From: Promethearchaeota archaeon
GTDB lineage: Archaea; Asgardarchaeota; Lokiarchaeia; Sigyniarchaeales; SOKP01
Assembly: GCA_016839745.1 (NCBI GenBank)
Contig: JAEOTS010000052.1
Coordinates: 1-22,523, forward strand
Direction of reading: 5' to 3'
Length of the DNA: 22,523 bases
Shown here: positions 6,438 to 14,243 of the stretch, one piece after another
Layout: each line of letters opens with the position of its first letter
Position numbering within the stretch: position 1 is the first letter of the stretch
Made by a program: the position numbers and the translations under genes
Notes under the pieces: model-generated
What the model saw: the letters and a program-made list of their open reading frames with translations, nothing else
Databases searched by the model: none
What the model was told of the DNA's origin: nothing

Positions 6438-7772
6438 ATGGATACAAGAATTAGAGAGTTTGAAAAAATCAAAATTCAAAAATATATTCCAGAATTAGAT
6501 TTACTAAACAATCCCGTACTTAATTCTCAAGAAAAAGAATTCTTAGCAGAGTTGTATGGATTTATGGAGAAAGAACTCGATCCAGAATTCAGAAAATTAG
6601 AAGATTTAAATTACCTTGTAGAAGAACCTACTCAGGATAAAAAGAGAGATATTGTAATTGGTATAATGAAGAAATTATCCGATAAAGGTTATTATTCTAC
6701 AATACTTAACACAGAAGATTATGATGTAGGAAGAATTACTAGAAACGCATTAATAGCCTATGCAATATGTGGTGGTCGATGGAGTGAGTACAGTGAACGG
6801 TATATTGCTGGAAATTATAGTGTAGAGATGGGTAGACTTGCTGGAGGTACTCTTTATTGTAACCCTGTAAATTATGCGTCCAATGAGGCACAGAAAGAAA
6901 TATTTTTGAATCCCGTAGCAGGAGAGGGTAAAATTGGTGCTTCTGCCATGACTGAATTTAACGCAGGTTCTGACATATTTAGAATGGAATTAGCTCTACA
7001 AGAAAGGGATGATATGATCGTTGCGAAAGGCAAAAAATTATTCATTACAAACGGCATGATTGCTGAATATATTATCTTATATGGAAGGTTAAATAACGGA
7101 CAATTAGCTGCAGTTGTTGTAGATACAAAAAATCAACAGCTAAAAAACTTTCGAAGTGCTCGGGTGAGAACCTATGGTATGACTGATGCTTTCGTTAGTC
7201 GATTAATATTTGATAGGGTAGAGCTCCCAAAAGAGAGTCTACTTCAAGGACATGGATTAGATATTGCTTTTCATCAATTAACAGAGGAAAGATTAGTTAT
7301 AAGTGCGGAAGCTTTGGGAGATACTATGAAAAAATTACTCTACTCTCATGCATACGCTCTCCAACGCAGACAATTTGAGCAAAGATTACATCAATATCAA
7401 GTAATTAGATTTCCAATTTCTCGAAAAATCCGCGAACTGAATTTGTTAATTTCTGCTATGATTCAATATGTAAGACAGTTAGACAACCATCCTGAATTAG
7501 CGGGCTCTAAATTGATGGCTGCTAATACAATGGGTTTAAAAATTAGTGCCACAGAACTTGGGTTTGAGAGCGCCATTCATTGCTTTAGAACTATGGGTGG
7601 ACGGGGCTTTACAAGGCAATACGCCAATGAAATTGGCTTATTTGACCCATTTTGCATGATACATGGAGGGGGTAGTAATTATGTTTTGGAGGATAGCGAA
7701 TCTCGAAGATTCTTTAAATATAAACCTCCACGTAGAGAATTTGAGGATGCTATACCTAAAGTTGATTATTAG
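6438..7772 (+). CDS. Divergent acyl-CoA dehydrogenase (IVD/LCAD-type catalytic Glu position)
   Basis: AMTEFNAGSD, GKKLFITNG, LTEERL, RRQF..L..YQ, MGGRGF. The C-terminal IYEGT motif is replaced by IHGGGS. Confidence 0.88.
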   Translation: MDTRIREFEKIKIQKYIPELDLLNNPVLNSQEKEFLAELYGFMEKELDPEFRKLEDLNYLVEEPTQDKKRDIVIGIMKKLSDKGYYSTILNTEDYDVGRITRNALIAYAICGGRWSEYSERYIAGNYSVEMGRLAGGTLYCNPVNYASNEAQKEIFLNPVAGEGKIGASAMTEFNAGSDIFRMELALQERDDMIVAKGKKLFITNGMIAEYIILYGRLNNGQLAAVVVDTKNQQLKNFRSARVRTYGMTDAFVSRLIFDRVELPKESLLQGHGLDIAFHQLTEERLVISAEALGDTMKKLLYSHAYALQRRQFEQRLHQYQVIRFPISRKIRELNLLISAMIQYVRQLDNHPELAGSKLMAANTMGLKISATELGFESAIHCFRTMGGRGFTRQYANEIGLFDPFCMIHGGGSNYVLEDSESRRFFKYKPPRREFEDAIPKVDY

Positions 7773-7913
7773 ATTATTATGTTTTTATAATTTATATTTT
7801 TAGGATATATTTCCTATAGAACTAATATTGAAGCTTACTCTTCAGACAATTAGTTTTACTATAATTTAACACCGATCAAGTTATTAAAAAGAATAACTTT
7901 TTTAATATAGACA

Positions 7914-8885
7914 ATGGACTACTATTACAATTTCGAAACATTTGATATTACTCACCTAGCAGAGCAATATAAGGATAAAAAAATCGAAGATGTATTTCGT
8001 AATCATGAAATTGTGCGTAATCCTATGGGACAATTCATGGAAATTATATGGAAAGAAGAAGCTTTTCAATGCGATTTGAACTTATCGTTCTCAAAGAAGA
8101 AAATACTTCGAAATTTAAAGACAGTTTATTATATTGGAGAAAAATTAGAACGACATCTTAATAGGAAAGGCGTTAAGTCATTATATGATTTAAAAATTAA
8201 TCTGAAGTACAACCTTTCAGCACATCGAGTCTTGGATCTTATAGAAAATAAAGAATATAGAAGTTTGTGTAGAAATAAAAATATTTACGACTTGGATGTT
8301 GCATTTTGTTTTGATTTAGAAGAACTACTGTTTCTTGATATAGAGACATTAGGATTATATGATAGTCCAATAGTCATGATAGGTTTAGGATATTTTAAAA
8401 ACAATACTTTTGAAATCCATATTTTATTTGCGAGAGATTTAGAAGAAGAAATTGCGATGTGTGAGCATCTTAAAACGGAGATATTACCAAAATATAAATG
8501 TTTTATTACTTATAATGGTAAAAGTTTTGATATCCCTTACATTGCTAATCGACTTATGTATTATTTTGACGAAAATCCAATGATATCTGATGAAGAAGAG
8601 CCTTATGAGAGGTTCAACAGTAAAATACATCATATTGATCTATACCATAATTGCCGTAGGAAATATAAAGGAAGTTTCGAAAACTACACGCTTACAGATA
8701 TGGAGCTTAAATTACTGAATATGAAAAGAGAAAATGAATTACCTAGTGGTTTAGTAGGGTTATGCTATAAAAAGTATTTAGAATCTCCACTAAGATATGT
8801 TGGACTAGTAAAAGAGATAATTGACCACAATTATTGGGATATTTATTCTATGCCTTTGATTTTTCAAAAATTATTAGAAGATTAA
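7914..8885 (+). CDS. YprB-like RNase H-fold (RNase_H_2/DEDD-type) exonuclease with N-terminal HhH-like segment
   Basis: FLDIETLGL, TYNGKSFDIPY, HIDLY and HNYWDI acidic motifs. TVYYIGEKLERHL resembles a helix-hairpin-helix. Confidence 0.85.
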   Translation: MDYYYNFETFDITHLAEQYKDKKIEDVFRNHEIVRNPMGQFMEIIWKEEAFQCDLNLSFSKKKILRNLKTVYYIGEKLERHLNRKGVKSLYDLKINLKYNLSAHRVLDLIENKEYRSLCRNKNIYDLDVAFCFDLEELLFLDIETLGLYDSPIVMIGLGYFKNNTFEIHILFARDLEEEIAMCEHLKTEILPKYKCFITYNGKSFDIPYIANRLMYYFDENPMISDEEEPYERFNSKIHHIDLYHNCRRKYKGSFENYTLTDMELKLLNMKRENELPSGLVGLCYKKYLESPLRYVGLVKEIIDHNYWDIYSMPLIFQKLLED

Positions 8886-8969
8886 TTTTATATATCTGTC
8901 CAAATCTAATTGAAAAGTAAGATGACAGAAACTTTAATTAATTTTTAAATATTCTTAAAGCTGATAACT

Positions 8970-10655
8970 ATGGATTATTTAGAAACGAAATTATTTGATC
9001 AGTCTTGGACTTTAAAAAATAGAGAAAAAATTATCTCAAACATGCAAGAAATTCAATACGATGTAGTAATAATCGGAGCTGGGATAACTGGAGCAGGAGT
9101 AGCAAGAGAGGCTGCAATGAGAGGCTTGAAAGTTGCTATAGTAGAAATGCAAGATTTTGCTGCTGGAACTTCTTCAAGAAGTACAAAAATGGCACATGGC
9201 GGAATTAGATATGTACCTAGCAATGAATTAGATTTAGTCAAAAAAGCAACTCGTGAAAGAAATTGGATGAGAGTTCATATACCACATTTAGTTAGACCAA
9301 TACCCTTCCTACTGGTAGTCATCGAAGGAGGAAAGTATAAAAAACGTGATTTTCAAGGTGTCACTAAAATTTATGATTTTTTAAGCGATGATAAATCAGA
9401 TTTTAAAAATTATGAAAGAAGTAAATATTATTCCGCTGAAGAGTTATATGAGTTAGAGCCAGAGTTTTCAAGAAAGGGCTTAAAAGGAGGAGTAATATAT
9501 TACGATACAAACATTGATGATGCTCGATTAACGATTGAAATTCTCAAGGAGGCAATAATAAGAGGAACAGATGCAATTAATTATTGTAAGGTTATTGGTT
9601 ATATCAAGAACAATGGTAAAATTACTGGAATTAAATGCAAAGATCTAAATAATGAATCTAATTTTGAAATTAAAGGTAAATTAGTAATTAACGCCACAGG
9701 TATATGGACTGATGATCTATTGGAGAAATATCCCGAAAATATTCCAGAACCGCTAATTAGACCAACTAAAGGTGTTCATCTCCTTTACAAACGTGAGGAT
9801 ATTAGAAATCTCATGGCTAATGGGCTATATTCTGATGTAGATAACAGATTTTTTTTTGTTATTCCAAGGGATAAAAAGTACACTTTAGTAGGAACGACCG
9901 ATACAGATTTTCAAGGAGATTTAGCAAATCCATTTTGTAATAAAGATGATGCGGACTACTTAATAAAATCCGTTCAGAAATATTACCCAAATGCTGATTT
10001 AGGATATGATAAAATTCTTTCTACATATGCCGGAATAAGGCCATTGGTTATGCAAAAAGGAAAATCAGAAAGTGAAGTTTCAAGACAGCATGTAATCTTT
10101 TTTTCTGAAGATAACCTTTTAACAGTAACGGGGGGAAAACTTACAGAATGGCGCGAAATGGCTGAGGATTTATTTGAGCATGTAGAAGAGAAGAATTTTT
10201 TCCCTAATATTCATCGAGATAAATATTGGTCAAGAAAGTTATTTACTATCTCTTTAGAGAAGGAAGATTGGTCAGAAATACTTAAGAAATCAGGAGTTAA
10301 ATTAGATGAAGAACTCTCAGATCACTTATATCAACAATACGGGAAAGGCGCTATTCGAATTCTCGATATGATAAAAAAAAATGAGGATTTAAAAGAACGA
10401 ATAATCGATGAAAATGAGTTTATCAATGCGGAGATTCTTTATGTGCTAAAATACGAGTTATCACCTCATCTGATTGATGTATTTTGTCGAAGGACTGAAA
10501 TGTCTCTATGGATACATCACCGAAGAGCCTCTGAAGCAGCAGAAAAAGTAGCAGAAATTATGCAAAAGGAATATTCATGGGATAATGAGACAAAAAACAA
10601 TGAGATTCAAATCTATTTAGATTATGTGAAGAATTCAGTCTCATTTATAAAATGA
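8970..10655 (+). CDS. glpA: FAD-dependent glycerol-3-phosphate dehydrogenase/oxidase (GlpA/GlpD family)
   Basis: IIGAGITG, DFAAGTSSRSTKMAHGGIRY, DDARL, NATGIW, PTKGVHL, GTTD, YAGIRPL, GGKLT, DVFCRRT. Confidence 0.93.
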   Translation: MDYLETKLFDQSWTLKNREKIISNMQEIQYDVVIIGAGITGAGVAREAAMRGLKVAIVEMQDFAAGTSSRSTKMAHGGIRYVPSNELDLVKKATRERNWMRVHIPHLVRPIPFLLVVIEGGKYKKRDFQGVTKIYDFLSDDKSDFKNYERSKYYSAEELYELEPEFSRKGLKGGVIYYDTNIDDARLTIEILKEAIIRGTDAINYCKVIGYIKNNGKITGIKCKDLNNESNFEIKGKLVINATGIWTDDLLEKYPENIPEPLIRPTKGVHLLYKREDIRNLMANGLYSDVDNRFFFVIPRDKKYTLVGTTDTDFQGDLANPFCNKDDADYLIKSVQKYYPNADLGYDKILSTYAGIRPLVMQKGKSESEVSRQHVIFFSEDNLLTVTGGKLTEWREMAEDLFEHVEEKNFFPNIHRDKYWSRKLFTISLEKEDWSEILKKSGVKLDEELSDHLYQQYGKGAIRILDMIKKNEDLKERIIDENEFINAEILYVLKYELSPHLIDVFCRRTEMSLWIHHRRASEAAEKVAEIMQKEYSWDNETKNNEIQIYLDYVKNSVSFIK

Positions 10656-10656
10656 T

Positions 10657-10779
10657 TATTAATCTTAGTCTTAATTCATCATTTTCTTGAATATGATGTA
10701 ATTTAAAAATTGGACTAGATAAGATTAATATTGTTGAATTGATAACTTCAACATAATAACAAATTTAAATTAATTTAAA
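10657..10779. other. Intergenic region made of nested and tandem inverted repeats (potential structured RNA or terminator)
   Basis: TATTAATCTTA(10657)/TAAGATTAATA(10730) encloses TAGTC/GACTA and CATCAT/ATGATG. It is followed by TGTTGAA-N8-TTCAACA and the palindrome TTTAAATTAATTTAAA. Confidence 0.4.
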
Positions 10780-10792
10780 GAAGTGAAATTTA

Positions 10793-11461
10793 TTGATATA
10801 TCAATTTGATTTTACAGATGGCTTTTTACGGCCTTTAGCAGAATTCGCAGGATTCTTTACGCTGATTCTTGGGGTAATGTGGTTAGTTTACGCAATTTAC
10901 GAAGCTAAAAGAAGGGGTTCAGTAAAAGAAAGAAAAGTAGAAGAATGGAATTTCGATGTTACTAAGTTCTTGAAATTTTTTACATATTTTGGAATTGTAA
11001 TAGGAATATTAAGCCTACTCAGTGGTGTTGGTGGATTAATACTAAATCAGCCTCCAAGTCGTGCTTTTGCATTCAATAATCCTAATGCAAGCGTTTTCAC
11101 ATCGGTTTTTCTTATCATTTTAGGGATACTCACTCTATTAAAACCATTAAATGATCTTCCGATTTCGAGCGTTATAGGAATTCTCTTAGCTTCTATTGTA
11201 GTTATCGTCGTTGCCCTTGCCATTCCTGAACAAGTCGTTCAACTTATTGCTGTATTTATTGATCCAAGACTGCTCTTAGTGATTATATTTATTATCGTAT
11301 TTGCAATTGTTGCTCTTACTGTTAAATTTTACATTGGAGCTTTAATGGCAATTTCGAAAGCAATATCATGGCCAGTCTTAGCATTCATAGTAGCCGCATT
11401 CTGCTTATTACAAGGGTTCTTACTCTTGGTTGTAGGCGTTTCAATAACAGGTTTTTTTTAA
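10793..11461 (+). CDS. Hypothetical integral membrane protein (~6 TM)
   Basis: 222-aa ORF with a TTG start and about six long hydrophobic segments. No family recognised. Confidence 0.8.
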   Translation: MIYQFDFTDGFLRPLAEFAGFFTLILGVMWLVYAIYEAKRRGSVKERKVEEWNFDVTKFLKFFTYFGIVIGILSLLSGVGGLILNQPPSRAFAFNNPNASVFTSVFLIILGILTLLKPLNDLPISSVIGILLASIVVIVVALAIPEQVVQLIAVFIDPRLLLVIIFIIVFAIVALTVKFYIGALMAISKAISWPVLAFIVAAFCLLQGFLLLVVGVSITGFF

Positions 11462-11500
11462 TCTAATTTTCTAATCTTTTTTATTATTATTTCTATATTC

Positions 11501-12613
11501 TTAAAAGAAGCTAAACCTTTGAGAGGATTTTCTATTAATTTCGCCTTTAATATCGTTACTTAAATCGTATTGGCAATTAGGACATTTTTTTAAATCCATT
11601 ATATCAATTTTTGAGAACCTGTAGCCACTCCTACCCAAAATTAAGTGATTACAGTTTGGACAGTAAGTATTTCCTCCTTTTTCGTGACTTATATTCCCAA
11701 CGTACACATAATTTATACCTTCTTTTTTGGCGATTTTATACGCTTTGTCTAACGTTTCAAACGGAGTTCTTTTCATAGAAGGTTGTTTAAAGTCAGGATG
11801 ATAGGCGGAGAAGTGAGTAGGAGTGTCATCTCCAAGATTTTCAACAATCCAATTTGAGAGCAACTTGATTTCAGCATCGCTATCGTTTAAGTCAGGAATA
11901 ATTAGATTTGTGATTTCTACATGAATCCCGTTGCTTTTAAATCTTTTTGCTGTGTCCAATACGGGTTGTACTGATTTAGCACCACAGATAGTTTTATAAA
12001 ACTCATCTGACATAGATTTTAAATCTATATTAGCAGCATCTATTCCGACTTCTATTAACTCCTTTGTAGCTTCTGGTGTAGAATACCCGTTCGTTACTAA
12101 TATAGTCTTTATATCTTCTTTCTTAAGCAATTTAGTGGTATCTAAGATCCATTCATGCCAAATAAGTGGTTCGTTGTATGTATATGCTAGTGTTTTAGCA
12201 CCGCTTTTAACGACTTTTTTCACCAATTGTTCGGGCGTCATTTCAACTAACGACATTCCACGGTCCTCGTATCCCTTAAGGTCGTAAAAACCATCTTTCC
12301 CGCTATCCGTTGGGTTTGCTTGGCTAATAGACCAGTTTTGGCAATTTTGACACTTAAAAGAACACCCAATAGATGCAATCGAATAAGCCGTTGCACCTGG
12401 CCAATAGTTGTAAAGAGGTTTCTTTTCAATTGGATCTAAACTGCCCGATGATATCATAGAACCGTAAATTAAGGAGTACAGTTCTCCTTCAAAATTTTTT
12501 CTTGTTCTACATATTCCTACCTTATCAGGTAGGATAGTACATTCATTAGCACATACATGGCATTTAACCTTATTTTCATCAAGTTTCTCGAATAATCTTG
12601 CCTTTACTTTCAT
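11501..12613 (-). CDS. amrS: AmmeMemoRadiSam-system radical SAM enzyme (PFL-activating-enzyme-like)
   Basis: N-terminal CHVCANEC..G.CRTRKN, DPIEKKPLY, radical SAM CSFKCQNCQNW, AYTYNEP, ANIDLK, EITNLIIP, HFSAYHP, YVYVGN and a C-terminal CPNC..CPNC. Confidence 0.92.
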   Translation of the reverse strand: MKVKARLFEKLDENKVKCHVCANECTILPDKVGICRTRKNFEGELYSLIYGSMISSGSLDPIEKKPLYNYWPGATAYSIASIGCSFKCQNCQNWSISQANPTDSGKDGFYDLKGYEDRGMSLVEMTPEQLVKKVVKSGAKTLAYTYNEPLIWHEWILDTTKLLKKEDIKTILVTNGYSTPEATKELIEVGIDAANIDLKSMSDEFYKTICGAKSVQPVLDTAKRFKSNGIHVEITNLIIPDLNDSDAEIKLLSNWIVENLGDDTPTHFSAYHPDFKQPSMKRTPFETLDKAYKIAKKEGINYVYVGNISHEKGGNTYCPNCNHLILGRSGYRFSKIDIMDLKKCPNCQYDLSNDIKGEINRKSSQRFSFF

Positions 12614-12669
12614 ACAAAATACCTAAATTCAGATATTGTTTACTTAATCTATCTCTACATATATAATAG

Positions 12670-12692
12670 ATAAGAAATTTTATATTTCTTAT
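12670..12692. promoter_or_regulatory. 9-bp inverted repeat (ATAAGAAAT-TTTAT-ATTTCTTAT) centred on a TATA-like element in the amrS / C_GCAxxG divergent region
   Basis: Read directly from the sequence; function inferred. Confidence 0.35.
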
Positions 12693-12735
12693 AGGTTTAA
12701 AATGTATTATTCATAATAAAATGTAGTCATTTATA

Positions 12736-13176
12736 ATGTCGAGAATAGAAGAAGCTCTCTCAAGCTTTAAAGAGGATTTCAATTGCGCTCAATCAATCTT
12801 CGGTACTTATGCACCTCACTATGGATTAGATCGAGATATAGCTTTGAAAATATCTACCGGATTTGGAGGCGGAATGGGACGTAGTGGTAGAACTTGCGGA
12901 GCTGTGACTGGAGCGTATATGGTTATTGGACTTAAAAATGGAATGGGATTAAACAAGGATCAAGAAGCGAAAGATAAGACCTATCAGGTTTTAAACGAAT
13001 TTTCTAACCATTTTCAAGAAAGAAATAGTTCGATGATTTGTAAAGAAATACTAGGTTGTGATATTAACACATCTGAAGGTATGGAGTATTTCAGTCAAAA
13101 TGAATTATTTGAAAAAAAATGTTTTCATTGTGTGAAGAATGCAGCTGAGATTTTAGAAGAAATTTTATACAAATAG
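12736..13176 (+). CDS. C_GCAxxG_C_C family putative redox/metal-binding protein
   Basis: FNCAQS, GFGGGMG..TCGAVTGA, MICKEILG and KKCFHCV pattern. Confidence 0.9.
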   Translation: MSRIEEALSSFKEDFNCAQSIFGTYAPHYGLDRDIALKISTGFGGGMGRSGRTCGAVTGAYMVIGLKNGMGLNKDQEAKDKTYQVLNEFSNHFQERNSSMICKEILGCDINTSEGMEYFSQNELFEKKCFHCVKNAAEILEEILYK

Positions 13177-13213
13177 TAATAATATTAAAATTAATTAGTT
13201 TTCCTTCTTATTT

Positions 13214-14134
13214 ATGGCTGAAGACAAAGAAGAATACACCCGTGAAGAATTAGAGTTCCTTCTAAAAGAAAAATTAGTTTATTTGAAGGAATTGGAACAA
13301 ATTGGTAAGGATTCCAACTATTTCCAAGAATTAAGTGATATTGCCTTAATTCAGCTACAATTAGAATTATTTGATGAATCCGAAAAGAATTATTTGTTAT
13401 GCTTAAAACATTTTCAAGTACTAAAAGATAGATTAGGACAAGCAGCTGTGTATGGAGTACTAGGTACACTTTCTTATAAAAAGGGGGATTACCAGAAATC
13501 AATTGAATTCTATGAAAACGCTTTCGATATATATGATGAATTAAAGCAGGTTCAAGAGCAAATCACATGTTTAAAAGGAATTGGTAATAGTTTCATCAAA
13601 TTGAACAAATTTGATAAAGCCTGCGATGTTTTACTTGAATGTAGCGCTTTATGCTCCGATAACCATGATATATACAGTTTACTTGACTGTTTAGGTAATT
13701 TAATTCAAATCTATGAAATACAAGAAAATTGGGATATTGTTTTAGAACTCTATAAAAAATCTCTTGAAGCTTTTAAAGAATTAGAAGATTTCAAGGGTAT
13801 AATTGTTTCTTATTTTAATTTAGGTATTCTAAAAAAAAATGAAACTGATTATTATCAATCACTTCTCTATTTTAAAAAAGGAACAAATAAAGCTATTGAT
13901 TCTAATTATACGGAATTAATTCTAAAGGGATTAAGTTATGTTGGGGAGATTCTAGTTTATCAGGGTGAAATGCATGAAGCAAAAGAAACGTACATTAAAG
14001 CCTTGAGCATTGCTGAAGAAATAAAAGCAAAAAACTCAATTCATCAGATAAGAATCCTTTTAAATTCTTTAGGTTTAAGTGAGGAAGAAATAAACAAAGA
14101 GTTAACCACATATATGAACCGTAGAAAAAACTAG
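13214..14134 (+). CDS. Tetratricopeptide repeat protein
   Basis: Repeated helical units of about 40 aa (LGTLSYKKGDYQKSIEFYENA, LGNLIQIYE, FNLGIL, VGEILVYQGEMHEAKETYIKAL). Confidence 0.88.
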   Translation: MAEDKEEYTREELEFLLKEKLVYLKELEQIGKDSNYFQELSDIALIQLQLELFDESEKNYLLCLKHFQVLKDRLGQAAVYGVLGTLSYKKGDYQKSIEFYENAFDIYDELKQVQEQITCLKGIGNSFIKLNKFDKACDVLLECSALCSDNHDIYSLLDCLGNLIQIYEIQENWDIVLELYKKSLEAFKELEDFKGIIVSYFNLGILKKNETDYYQSLLYFKKGTNKAIDSNYTELILKGLSYVGEILVYQGEMHEAKETYIKALSIAEEIKAKNSIHQIRILLNSLGLSEEEINKELTTYMNRRKN

Positions 14135-14243
14135 CAATAATGAAATAGTATAACAATCAAGTTTTAAATGAGTTTTTAAAAAATTATATATGAACGAATT
14201 TTCATTTTTAATTAAACGAGTATAAATAAAACATCGCTTTGTA

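Noticed and set aside
7914-8885. Cas4, transposase or defence-system nuclease
   Set aside because: The motifs fit YprB/RNase_H_2, and there are no cas genes, arrays, terminal repeats or defence partners nearby.
10651-10730. glpA TGA plus hairpin as Sec readthrough/SECIS
   Set aside because: The TGA falls at the normal family C-terminus, readthrough would add only about 16 unremarkable residues, and no clear AUGA/GA kink-turn geometry could be drawn.
12736-13176. Possible selenoprotein version of the C_GCAxxG_C_C protein
   Set aside because: All motif cysteines are TGC/TGT codons, there is no in-frame TGA, and the stop is TAG.
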